From positions 23,932,001 to 23,996,000 of the forward strand of contig OX597815.1 in NCBI GenBank assembly GCA_951406725.2: a stretch of DNA of 64,000 nucleotides, in the 5' to 3' direction. The first letter of the stretch is position 1. Each line of letters begins with the position of its first letter. The DNA comes from Octopus vulgaris (Eukaryota). The position numbers and the translations under genes are program-made. The notes beneath the pieces were generated by a model that was not told the origin of the DNA, did not search any database, and saw only the letters and a program-made list of their open reading frames with translations. Shown piece by piece: positions 24,927 to 38,978 of this stretch.

Positions 24927-26869
24927 CCTCTGTCCCAGCTATGACTCAAAGTCACTCAGTTAAGCTCTCAAACAGTGGTCAAGACATTGTCTACATCTCA
25001 AGAAATCCACTACTATTACTACCTTCACTACCAACTAACACCATAATGGGATTGTGCCATTACTAGATGTTGTCTCAACTAATCTGAACTGAGTGCAACT
25101 CGCTTGTTAAGCTTTCCCTAGTGCTGCTGGCTCTAACCAAGAGTATTCTTGTGACTGTCTGCTGTGTGAAGCAGCACTGACAACAACAGCAGTAGTAATA
25201 TTGATGAAGATGATGATGATGATGATGATGCTACTTCTTACTGTATTTTTGAGAATCAACACCAACAGTACCAATACTATTGTGCCATTTGGTTCTATCT
25301 GACCTTTGACCATCTTAGCAGTTTCACCTCCAACAGACCACCTTTGGACTACCTCGTTTGCACCTTCTACTGCTGTTGTGTTGGCTTACATAGAACATTT
25401 TATTACTACTACCACTACTATCACAACCACCTCCACCACTAGCATTACTATTACTACTACTACTACTACTAATTTTAATACTAACTACTGTTACCAGTGC
25501 TATAAGTGATAACATGGTGCATTTATGCCATTGATGTGGCCAGCTGATAAAATATTTTAGTGATGTTTGTGTTAAATTTACAAATAAATTACAAAAAAAA
25601 AATACATCTAGTGTAAATAACAAACAAAACATTTACAGAATTATCTATAATTTCCTTTTCTTCCTTTTTTTTTTTTTGCTATGTGGTCTTTATTTTTAAC
25701 TCTCTAATTTGACTAGAAATGAGTGTACAATTAACACCAAGCTTTTATTTCTTTTTTTCTCTTCTTTTTTTTTTTTTAACCTAACAAGAGAACATCATGC
25801 TTGGTGATTTAGTATATAAGTTTGAAATTGGCTGTGGACTCTTGTCACAACAGCATGGAATCAGCCGTGGTGTTTATCAGCAGAATAAAGTATTGACTGT
25901 GGAGTTTCTCACCAGAAAGAAGATTATGTCATAACACGAAAGGACTGGCTGCAAAATCTGTCTAAACAGATACAAATATTACAAATTGATGGCTGTCTGG
26001 TCTGTTATAAAAGACATGTACACTGGTTCTGAGGTTTGTCATAGCAATGTGCATATTATTGGATATTCTGTAAGAGCAATGTGGAGCTGGCTGTGTAAGT
26101 CAGTCAGAACAGTATGGAGCTATAAAAACATAATGAAGATTGTAGGAGATTGCCCATGTCATCTGTATTGACAATATAGAACTTAGCTCTGGAGTTCATC
26201 AGCAGTTAGTTGTATAATAATAATAAATTGCTTTTTGGTTTATCATAACTCTACAGAGCCTCCAACAGAATTCTCTTCTGTTCACTGCAGAGATTTCTGT
26301 TTTGCTTTCATCTATCTCATAAATAAACTCAGTCCAGTGCTCAATCACAAGATCATGTTGTCTGGAGCAGAGGAATTCCTTGAGATTGACATTAAAAAAA
26401 AAAAATATATACATATATATATATATATATTTCATGCTGCTGCTGTTGCTGCTACTACTTGCACTACTATTATATTAGTTGGCCAACCTGACTAATGATA
26501 GTAACCAGGGATAGCAGGGTTCTTTTTGTTGTTGTTTTTTTTTTTAAAGCAGCAGTAGTGTTATAACTACTACTACTACCACTACAGCATTTTAACAAGA
26601 TTCGGTTGACCAGAGGAGGAGGATAAACGAATTTTATCTGCTGTAAACCTTTCTTCCGTTTGTCCTCCGTCAACAATTAATTGTAGTAGTAGTGGTGACA
26701 GTAGTAGTAGCTCTATAACTACTACTACTGCTACTACTACTACTATTGCTGTTGCTGGTGGTGTTATGAAGTCTGCTATCTGCTAGTTTGGATACTCTAA
26801 ATGCTGGCAATGGTCATTTCTGTTGCCCACCAATCTCTCTCCTTCTCTCTTTCTCTCTCTCTCTCTCCT

Positions 26870-26901
<32 letters not shown>

Positions 26902-27280
26902 GCCACTGCCATTTGGCAGGTCTTGTTCTTTTTCTGAGTTGAAAAACAAACAAGTTCATTTTAAACCTCCGATGTACATTTAGTGTGTGAATGCGTGGGT
27001 GTGCAACGTAAGTATGCACACAGGTGTGTGTTTGTGTGTGTGTATTGATTTACATGTGTGTTTGCATGTATGTGTGCATGCGTGTTTATGGTTGTTGGCT
27101 AATGCACGTGTGTCTGGTAGAAATTCCATGCCTATTTTTGTGTTCCATTGAAGAAAACTTACCAAACTGTGCCATGTCTCTAGTTCCTGCAATATGAATC
27201 TTGGATGTGGTACTTACTATGAAATTTAAATCATTTTTTTCCTCAACTACTGTAAAATAAAGACTTAACTGTCAAATGAA
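24927..27280 (+). other. Probable non-coding terminal exon / 3' UTR of the RAI1/TCF20-family gene
   Basis: Strong acceptor (ctttttttctttttag, AG at 24925-24926). The following ~2.3 kb lacks the SINEs common elsewhere and ends at TGTA-AATAAA with a U/GU-rich tract downstream. Confidence 0.55.
27256..27261 (+). promoter_or_regulatory. Candidate polyadenylation signal AATAAA
   Basis: AATAAA preceded by TGTA and followed by gtttgttcttttattattgt; repeat density rises again right after it. Confidence 0.5.
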
Positions 27281-27379
27281 AGTTTGTTCTTTTATTATTG
27301 TATTATAATCCAAAAAATGAACTGTTTATATAAAATGTTTCTCTGTATAATTCTTTCAAATCAAACCAAAAAAAAAATA

Positions 27380-27460
27380 TTTATTTACATTTGACGGAAA
27401 TTTTTTCCTCATCTTGTTAACACAGCATTTCGGCTGATATACCCTCCAGCCTTTATCACT
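27380..27460 (-). mobile_element. Fragment with a decayed hammerhead-like motif
   Basis: Minus strand gtgataa-aggctg-gagggtatat-cagcc-gaaatgc: stem II and GAAA are intact, the core is damaged. Confidence 0.4.
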
Positions 27461-27574
27461 TAAATATAGATCTATATAAAAAAAAATGTTATGTAAAGAT
27501 ATTGTTGATTTAGTGAACACGTGTGCTCTTCACAAAATATTTTTAACCTTCTGTTTCTTTGTCTAATCACTCAA

Positions 27575-27874
27575 CCAGTGCCGGTGGCATGTAAGAGAAC
27601 CATCCGAACGTAGCCATTGCCAGCGCTGCCCCGACTTGCCTCCGTGCCGGTAGCACTTAAAAAGCACCAACCGATCGTGGCTGTTGCCAGCCTCCTCTGG
27701 CATGTAAAAAGCACCCACTACACCCACTGAGTGGTTGGCGTTAGGAAGGGCATCCAGCTGTAGAAACACTGCCAGATCAGACTGGGCCTGGTGCAGCCTC
27801 CTGGCTTCCCAGACCCCAGTTGAACCGTCCAACCCATGCTAGCATGGAGAACGGACGTTAAACGATGATGATGA
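27575..27874 (+). mobile_element. RTE 3' tail
   Basis: Same family, (GAT)n tail. Confidence 0.85.
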
Positions 27875-28095
27875 TTTTGTAATGGTATATAGTCTGAACC
27901 ATTTAAAGTTGAATACATTCTTTGAAGTTATATTGCTTTTGCCAGGAGTTGATCTACTTGGGTTAGTATTTATGAAACCCCTATAAAAGTAAAGAGCTGG
28001 GTGGCATGTGGAACCTCGAAACAACAAAAGTTGCTTGACTAGTTGAAATAGTAGCCAAATCGCTTTCAAATCACACTTCAAAAATTAAAAATAAG

Positions 28096-30880
28096 AGTAT
28101 GGCTGAACAAGGAGGTCGACAGGGCCATAACAGAGAAGAGTGGAAGTGTGGGAATAGCAAAGAACCATATCAGATAGCTGAAAGAGGAGCTATATGTCAG
28201 GTTTATCTAGCTAAGGTAGAAAAGAAGAGGTTTACCCATGTCTTACAGCATGACATCAGGTGTTAACAGATTGTCAGGCAGTGTGTTAGAGAAAATCGAG
28301 ATGTGTGTATGGGCTGATAATGGTACACTTGCTCTAGCAATCCTGAAAAGAAAGGGCAATGGAAAAGCTACTATGAAAGGCTATTAAATATGGAGAATGA
28401 ATGGGAGAAAGGGAGTCTCCCTCATGTGAACCCAACTGAGGGACTAGCTATCCTAGTGGACAATAACGTTAGGTAAGGAAATTAAAGATATGAAGTCCCC
28501 CCCCCCCCCGGTCCATCAGGAGTCAGCCGAGATGCTTAAGATATCTGGTAATGTTGGATACGGTATAGTCACCTGTATAGTTAATCTGATTATTCAAGAA
28601 GGCGTTATCCTCGGTGACTGGTGTAGCAACAGCATAGACAGCTGCTGCAGAGGAAGGGAAATACCTTATATAGAATTACAGGGGCGTCAGATTGCTGGAC
28701 CAAGTGAAAGAAGTTACGGGCAACGTTATAGCCCAATCAATTAGAAACAAAATTAGACTAGATGAAATGCAGTTTGGCCTTGCCTTGTGGGTGGGGCAGG
28801 GGGCATCACGGATCATATTTTCACAGGCAACTGCAAAAGAAGTATCTAGGTAAGAGCAAGCTTTTACCTCAGTTGGTAACCAAAGGTCTCTCCTTGTGAA
28901 AGGAAGATTGTATGATGCATATTAAAAAAACTGCAATGCTACATGGCAATGAAACATGGACTCTGAATGTAGAAAACATGCAAGTATCTAGGTAAGAGCA
29001 AACATTTGCTGATCTGGAAATAGCCCTTGATAGTTACCTCGCTCTGTGATGTGGTCTCAAAAGAAGCTAGGGCTATACGAATGGCTTGTGGAAGTAACAC
29101 AGGCCATGTACAAGGGTGCTGTTAGTAAGGTAAGAGTTACAGTGACGAATTTAGTGTACAGGTAGGTATTCATCAAGGCTTGGTCTTCAGTCCTCTCCTA
29201 TTCACCATCGTCCTCCAAGCCATAAACAGGAATTTTAAAACTAGAAGCCCATGAGAACTCTTATATGCTGATGATCTGGCCCTCGTATCAGAATTTGTCA
29301 CAGAATTAGAAAAGAAATTCGAGGTGTGGAAACAGAAGCTGGAATCAAAAGGTTTTGAAGTAAACTTAACAAAGACCAAGTTCCTAGAAAGCAAAAGATC
29401 AGACAGGACCTTGTCGCCTTCAGGTAAATGGCCCTGCTCAACTTCTAGGAAGGGTATAGACGGAAACTCCATTTAGTGTACAAGCTATGGACACACAAGA
29501 GGTAAAGTGGAATGGTAGGAAGGGGATCTTTTCGGTTTGAACGGCAGTTTTTAAAAATAATTTCCACGTAACTAAACACTTTTAAACTTCGTATACTGGT
29601 AGAATGTGTTTATAAAACATCTTTTTCTCTTGGCTTTATTGAGAAAATTCTATGGTTTGTAAGATATTTGTTGTTTTTTTTTCTTCTTCAATTTCTGCAA
29701 TATCAACCAATCAATGACGTCTATTGAGTTGAAAACATTCTGTGCCGTATGAATATGTCCCTCGTTTAAGAAACAGATTGGGTTTATTTACATTTCTGAA
29801 GAAAAAAAGATACCCTTCCTCCACCCCTAACCCTAACCCTAAAACATTGAAATGCAATAGATCGATACTAGGGTCATAATTATGGGTGACAATTTCATAT
29901 GACACTCCTAGAAAAAAACTGCTATTCAAACCGAAAAGATCCTAGGAAGGTTAATAGAGAAAGTAGTGTTTATGTGGGAGCCATAAAGACTACGGCTGTA
30001 CGGGAAACTGATGTTCTCGTATGTCTCGGAGTCTCTCGGGAAGCAGTAGGTAACTTCTGCTACCTGAGTGACCTAATTAGCAGTGGAGGAGGATGTACCG
30101 AATGTGTAATTGCTAAAATAAGAATAGGATAGTGAAAGTTCATGGAGCTTTTACCTGTATTAGCAACCAAAGGTCTCTCGTAGTGAAAGGAAGATTGTAT
30201 GATGCCTGTACAGAAACTGCAATGCTACATGGCAGTGAAACGTGGACTCTGAATGCAGAAAACATGCGAAGACTAGAGGGGGAAGAAGTTTGCATGCTCC
30301 ACTGGATGTCAATTCCAGTGTACATGCGTGATAGAGCACCAGTGCATTGAAAGAATAGTTAGACATAAGAGGAATGAGATGCAGACTGCGCCAGTCTGGT
30401 CATGTGATGCGGGTGAATAAGGATAGTTGCATAAAGAAGTGCTGATCACTTAAAGTGGAGGCAAGTTGAAGGAGACCCAGGAAGACATGGGACGAAGTAT
30501 TGAAGGCCGATCTCAAAACTCTGAGCCTTGCGAAGGAGATGATAGAAGACCGAGGCAGGTGATTCAATGCTGTACTCAAGAAGACTACAATAGACAACAG
30601 AATTGATATCCTAAAACCAAGGTGCCACGCAAAAAGCTTTGGCGCTGGTGCCACGTAAAAGTTACGGGTGCTGGTGTTACATTAAAAACACTGGTGTTGG
30701 TGCCACGTAAAAAGCACCCAGTACTCTGTAAAATGGTTGGCGTTAGGAAGGGCATCTAGATGTAGAAAACAGACTATGGAGCCTGGTGCGGCCTCTGGCT
30801 TTGCCAGCTCTTGTCAAGTCGTCCAACCCATGCTAGTATGGAAAACGGACGTAAAGTGATGATGATGATGATGATGATGA
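28096..30880 (+). mobile_element. Degenerate 5'-truncated RTE-clade LINE (RT domain to tail), interrupted by a MITE
   Basis: HQGLVFSPLLFTIVLQAI...LLYADDLALV...KGFEVNLTKTK (RT), then KGRLYDAC...MLHGSETW and RPRKTWDEV, then 3' UTR with (GAT)n; many stops and frameshifts. Confidence 0.9.
29524..29942. mobile_element. MITE with 28-bp TIRs and 8-bp TSD (Merlin- or hAT-like)
   Basis: TIRs ggatcttttcggtttgaacggcagtttt and aaaactgctattcaaaccgaaaagatcc; TSD taggaagg at 29516-29523 and 29943-29950. Confidence 0.9.
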
Positions 30881-31099
30881 CTGAATAAAAACAAACTGTA
30901 TGATTGTTGCTTGGATACCTCTCATCATAAATTGCTTTGTAGGCTGTACGTGGTTCAAACAAACGTATAACATTTAATATTGCTATGGTCATACATTATT
31001 CAAAGTTTAGAGATCTTAAAGGTTATGACAAAGTAACTGAGTTATAAGGTTAGCTAGTGTCTCATTGTTTTTATATGTATTGTTATTATTAGGGTTAAG

Positions 31100-31890
31100 T
31101 CGACGAGCTGGCAGAATCGTTAGCATATCGGGCAAAATTCCTTGCGGCATTCTGTCTATCTTTTGGTTCCTAGTTCAAATTCTGCCGAGGGTCGACTTGG
31201 CCTTTCATCCTTTCGAGGTCGATAAAATAGGCACCAGTTGAACACTGAGATTGATGTAATCGACTTGACCTTTCCCTCCAAATTTCAGGCCTTGTACTTA
31301 TAATAGAAAGGATTATTGTTATTCATTTTTATTTTTTTCCCAGCTTTTCATGTTCTGAGTTCAAATGTTGCCGTGGTCAACTTTAAGTCATCTTTACTTT
31401 TCACCTTTCCGGGGTCGATAAGATAAGTAACAGTTGAGCACTTGATTCGATCTAATTGACTAACCTCTTGTCCCTAAAATTTCTGGCCTTGTGCCAAACC
31501 CTAAAGCCATTAATATTAGTGAAGCTAGTGGGCTGACAGACTTGTGAAAGCATCAGAAAAGAACAACTTGCAGTGTTTGTTCCAGCTCTTTACCATCTCT
31601 CAAAGTCGTACAAAGATTTGGCCTTTCATCCTTTCGGTGTTGATAAAATAAAGCATCAGAAGGCGGCGAGCTGGCAGAAACGTTAGCACGCCGGGCGAAA
31701 TGCGTAGCCGTATTTCGTCTGCCGTTACGTTCTGAGTTCAAATTCCGCCGAGGTCGACTTTGACTTTCATCATTTCGGGGTCTATAAATTAAGTACCAGT
31801 GACGCACTGGTGTCGATGTAATCGACTTAATCCGTTTGTCTGTCCTTGTTTGTCCTCTCTGTATTTAGCCCCTTGTGGGTAGTAAAGAAA
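31100..31890 (+). mobile_element. Cluster of family C SINEs (about 31100-31315, 31345-31505, 31610-31655 and 31662-31890)
   Basis: Repeated A box/B box and gcctttcatcc...gtcgataa domain. Confidence 0.85.
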
Positions 31891-32180
31891 AAAATAATGC
31901 ATCAAGTACAAGGTCAATGGTATCGATTAAACCCCCTCCCTTTAAATTTGCCGAACTTTTCCTTTGTTTCAGTCATTTGACTGCGGCTATGCTGGAGCAC
32001 TGCCTTTTAGTCAAAGAAATCGACCCCAGGACTTATTCTTTGTAAGCCTTGTATGTATTCTATTGGTCTTTTGCCGAACCGCTAAGTTACGGGGACGTAA
32101 ACACACCAACATCGGTTGTCAAGCGATGTTGGGGGGACAATCACAGACACACATACATATAAATATATATGTGTTTGTGC

Positions 32181-32215
<35 letters not shown>

Positions 32216-32224
32216 CACATACAC

Positions 32225-32620
32225 ACAGGGTTATTAAAAAAGAATGAACCGATTTCATTACGCAATATTTTAATAAGGAAAAGCAAGTTCATTATGGAAC
32301 TAAAGAATAAATTTGCTTTGCTTGAGGCAATTCCAGAAGATATTGACATAGAAGGGAAATGGAAAAACTTTGGTAAAGCATTCAACCAGACAGCCAAAGA
32401 AGTACTCAGTGGATCGTGATAGGCTGATACGCGTCTGGGAGGAATTCTCTTATCGCATTGATGTTGCCCGTGCTGCAGGTGTTGGCCATATTGAACACTT
32501 GTAAGACAGGAAATAGAAGTTGATTGTGAGTAAATACTTGTGACTTAGCTGGAGTTTTCTATTGCTTTTCCTTATTAAAATAATTTGTAATGAAATCGGT
32601 TCATTCTTTTTGAATAACCC

Positions 32621-32622
<2 letters not shown>
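32225..32622 (+). mobile_element. Tc1/mariner deletion derivative with ~60-bp TIRs, containing a LINE fragment
   Basis: TIR cagggttatt(a/c)aaaaagaatgaaccgatttcattac...aataaggaaaagcaa at both ends; transposase C-terminus VWEEFSYRIDVARAAGVGHIEHL*; internal ELKNKFALLE...WKNFGKAFNQTAKEVL resembles the RTE linker. Confidence 0.8.
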
Positions 32623-32644
<22 letters not shown>

Positions 32645-32652
<8 letters not shown>

Positions 32653-33260
32653 ACAAATTTAGGAATGGCCTTAACAGGCCATTCGTCCACCAGAGAGAGC
32701 AGCCAGAACTCAAACCGCCAAGTAGTAGTAATTCAGAAATTAGGTGGAAATTTAAAAACGTTTACCCTAATTCATCTTTTAGACGATGCATCGTTTCTGT
32801 GTTTTTAATGATAAACTAGCTTAATTAAATTAAATTAAGCCAATCTACCATAGGTCACACTTCATCAGTAAAAAACCTGGGAGAGACAAATATACACGAG
32901 GCGTCTGTATCAATGCCTCCGGAATATCTGTCTTAAAATTTTCAAGACCAACGTATTCGCGCCAACTTATCAGCAGTAAATATAAACTGCCGATTCAATC
33001 TCAGAATTAGTCAGAAAATTATCAATTAATCAATTTAGGGTAGCAAAAAATTCAATAGAAATTTATCGCTACCAGCGGCCTAGTGGAAAAGAGAAAATAG
33101 TCAAAGACTAAATATATAAATATAACAAATTTAGGAATGGCCTTAACAGGCCATTCGTCCACCAGAGAGAGCAGCCAGAACTCAAACCGCCAAGTAGTAG
33201 TAATTCAGAAATTAGGTGAAAATTGTCCATGTTTCAACTACTCCGCGTTTTGAAGGCGTA
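32645..33260. repeat. Unclassified element with ~100-bp direct repeats (32645-32746 and 33119-33217)
   Basis: tataacaaatttaggaatggcc...ttcagaaattaggtg appears twice, identical; embedded in (TA)n. Confidence 0.8.
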
Positions 33261-33299
33261 TATATATATATAAAAGTAGATAAATGGTGCAACAACGCA

Positions 33300-33348
<49 letters not shown>

Positions 33349-33506
33349 GACGGGCTTCTTTCAGTTTATGTCTACCAAATCCACTCACAAGGCTATTGTA
33401 GAAGACACTTGCCCAAGGTGCCGCCTCGCAGTGGAACTGAACCCGGAGCCATGTGGATGGGAAGCAAACTTCTTAGCACACAGCCACTCCTGACTTGTTC
33501 ATAAAC

Positions 33507-33720
33507 CATCATCATCATTTAACGTTTGCTTTCTGTGCTGGCATTGGTTGCACGGTTTGACAGGAGCTGCTAAGCCAGAGAAATGCATCAGGTTCCATCT
33601 CTGCTTTGACATGGTTTCTACGGCTGGATACCGTTCCTAACGCCAACCACTTCACTGCGTGCGTATGCCGGGTGCTTTTTACGTGGTAGCAGTACCTGCG
33701 GGGTCACTAAGTAACTTGCA
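33507..33720 (-). mobile_element. Diverged RTE 3' tail
   Basis: catcatcatttaacg...ttcctaacgccaaccac. Confidence 0.7.
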
Positions 33721-34324
33721 AGGCAAAAACCCTGTGTCTAGGAGAAGGAGGAGTATTGAGTGAGGTGGCTTTGTGACAATTGAGTGATTAAAATATAAGA
33801 GGGATGGGAATAGGTGTCTGACTATAGAGGAGATACCTGGCTACCTTAGTTGTAAAAGACAGGAAAGAAAATAGAGACAGACAGTGAGAGATATGATAGT
33901 GGTGGTGGTGGAGATATGTCGGATATATTCACAGGGTACAATGGGCGTGAATGTAAATAGTACAGAAGATTGGGCAATGGGGATGTAACAAGAATGTGAG
34001 TTAAGAGATGGGGAGAGGTGACTAGCAAGTGATAGTGAAAGATATAAAGGGCATGGCACAAGGGGACTATGGCAGATATGTGAGAGTATTGAGAGTGATT
34101 ATGTTCGAGTATGCTCGCGAAGGAGAGTGGAGAGGCATGCAGCGGGTGGAGGTCATGAGTGGGGAAGAGGGCTTTCGAAAGATAGATTAGGTGGGGTGAG
34201 AGGGGAGGGACAAATTGTGTGTGTGTGTGTGTGTGTGTTGGGGAGATGCATGAAGGTAAAAGACACACCTGTATGACCTCGATTTTACTTATTCAGTATG
34301 TCTTCTCAAACAGCAAATCGCCAA

Positions 34325-35893
<1,569 letters not shown>

Positions 35894-35896
35894 CGC

Positions 35897-36103
35897 GTGA
35901 ACGAACCACCCATGTTTCCAAAGGGGAATTATCCAAACCTCCAAGAATTCCTCTCAACACATGGCTATGATGCCTCCCCACTACTTCTGCTCGTGATCAG
36001 AGATGCACATATCGTCAGCCACTAAGGGACATGGTCAACTGGTTAAGGTCAAACAACTGACAAGGAAATCAACGGTATTGAGCAGAATATTTGCTGTAGC
36101 CCA
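35897..36103 (-). mobile_element. Partial copy of the unclassified element at 36878-37338
   Basis: Near-identical to about 37132-37338. Confidence 0.85.
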
Positions 36104-36112
36104 TCATCATCA

Positions 36113-36165
<53 letters not shown>

Positions 36166-36169
36166 GTTA

Positions 36170-36868
<699 letters not shown>

Positions 36869-36877
36869 TATTATTAT

Positions 36878-37335
36878 TGAGTGAGAGAGCAGTTCATGCC
36901 ATCAAAGTGACACTGGGGTAAAATATACGAAGCCCAATATACCCATCATGACTACCCGTCTGATAAAGGCACACCAGGCACATGCATCACAACCATATGT
37001 GCGCGACATGGTGATCTCATATCAAGATAAACAGCACATGACCTTGCAGGTGGGGCCCAGTTAGAATTTTGTTCAGGTTGAGTAGCCCATCCCGCTCAAA
37101 AGGTCCCTGAATAAGGATTGTTTAAGGATGTTGAACGAACCACCCATGTTTCCAAAGGTGAATTATCCAAACCTCCAAGAATTCCTTTCAACACATGACT
37201 TTGATGCTCCCCCACTACTTCTGCTCGTGATCAGAGATGCACATATCGTCAGCCACTAACGGACATGGTCAACTGGTTAAGGTCAAACAACTGACAAGCA
37301 AATCTACGGTATTGAGCAGGATATTTGCTGTAGCC

Positions 37336-37338
<3 letters not shown>
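36878..37338 (-). mobile_element. Unclassified ~460-bp non-coding element with (AAT)n at its putative 3' end
   Basis: Two copies in the window, bounded by triplet microsatellites; no ORF and no tRNA boxes seen. Confidence 0.65.
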
Positions 37339-37520
<182 letters not shown>

Positions 37521-37745
37521 ATTTATCTATTTATCCCAAAAGGATGACAGAAGAAGTAGGCCTGCCGAAGGACATAGCTAAATACTATAGAACCATGTTG
37601 TCCGAGCAGCATTGAACTGAGAAAACATCACACTTCGTCTGTTCTAAGAATGAACTTAACATATCTTGTGTAATACTTCGACTTTTCTTAACCACTGGTA
37701 TTTTCCAATGGGTGAACAGTCATTCTGATTTCTGAAATGGAGGTA

Positions 37746-38517
37746 CAGGCATGCCTCGGCTTAAGTCGTTTCGGTTTAAGTCGATCTCGATTGTCCGTCG
37801 GTTTTTCAAAAACAATATATGGAAAAATAAAAATTAAGTGAAGTAATTTTACAAGATTTTATGTCTATCTGCCACAAATATTGGCAGAAATATCACTAGA
37901 AGACCGTTAAAAGCACACAAAATCATGTTACTGTACAATAAATAAGAATAACATCATATTAAAATACGTACCGTAAATGTTAAGATACACACCATAAAGT
38001 AGCGTAGCTTAGTGAATGAAATCATGAAATCAGCTGTGTTGTCTTATTTATCGGTCTTTCGGAGCTCATATTGCACTGTAGTTCTAATATCTACCGTTAG
38101 GCGTCGCTGTCAGTCGTGATTCCGCGATTGTTTTGAATTCAGATTTGTTTACATCTGTTTATCGGCTACTTTCTCATTCTCATTAATTTGTGACTTTATT
38201 TTTACCCCGATGATTCCTAAGAAAATTCATAGTGAAAGTGCTAAGTGTGATGCTATAACGCTGGAAGATAAACTGGTTATGATAAAACGCCATGAAAAAG
38301 GTGGAAAAGCAATTGTACGATCTTTCGGGATGAGTCGGACAACTGTATCGACGATTGTACATAATAAAGACAAGATTTTAGCACATATCAAACCTGAAGC
38401 CCCAGGGATGAAGAACACTGTCAACAATAGGTTTAGCCTAGAGACGAGTAAATTCGACTTAAGTCGTTTTTAGATTTAAGTCGGAACCAATTAATGACGT
38501 AGGTTGAGGTATGCTTG
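37746..38517 (+). mobile_element. Tigger/pogo-family internally deleted DNA transposon
   Basis: TA|CAGGCATGCCTCGGCTTAAGTC...GACGTAGGTTGAGGTATGCTTG|TA imperfect TIRs; ORF 38210-38473 encodes a CENP-B/psq-type HTH start (ITLEDKLVMIKRHEKG...FGMSRTTVSTIVHNKDKI). Confidence 0.85.
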
Positions 38518-38978
38518 TATATGTTTTCTGTCTCCTTATCCAATGACCCAGGAGAGAAGTGGAGCTCTGTACTGCACACTGAAACATTTGACATTTATAA
38601 GCTGCAGCATATAGTGATTAGTTAGACCTTTATATAACATGATACTAACTCAAATATACAAGTACCGAGTCACTAAGTGTTGGGCACCGATGACACAATC
38701 TTTCCACCGAACAGCACCGATGACAATCTTTCCACACTGTCCTCTTATTATTTGAAACACAGAGAATATTCTAAAGAAGGAATACATTAGAGGTCATAAG
38801 TTCTCCTTCAGACCTATAGAACTTGAACTCAACATTGCACGCTAGCAAACGAAACAGTTGATCTTTAGATATACTGTACCGTACTTTTTACTCTTTGTTG
38901 CAAATGGTACCTAATTACAGCTAGCTGTCCTGAGCTTTGTCGTGTATTTTCTCATTGCCATGACAATAGAGAAATACC

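Larger units (their letters stand above)
31960..33492 (-). mobile_element. CORE-type SINE split by ~1.1 kb of insertions in its microsatellite spacer
   Basis: 3' half at 31960-32150 and 5' half at 33345-33492. Confidence 0.85.

Noticed and set aside
29825-29842. Telomere or chromosome-fusion relic
   Set aside because: Only three units, lying inside a MITE.
35990-36100. Definite HDV-like or twister ribozyme call
   Set aside because: Stems are present, but the required pseudoknot order and catalytic residues could not be placed; kept only as a structured-element finding.
38210-38473. Domesticated TIGD/CENP-B-like host gene
   Set aside because: Only the HTH start is present, inside TIRs with a TA TSD; it is a deleted Tigger.
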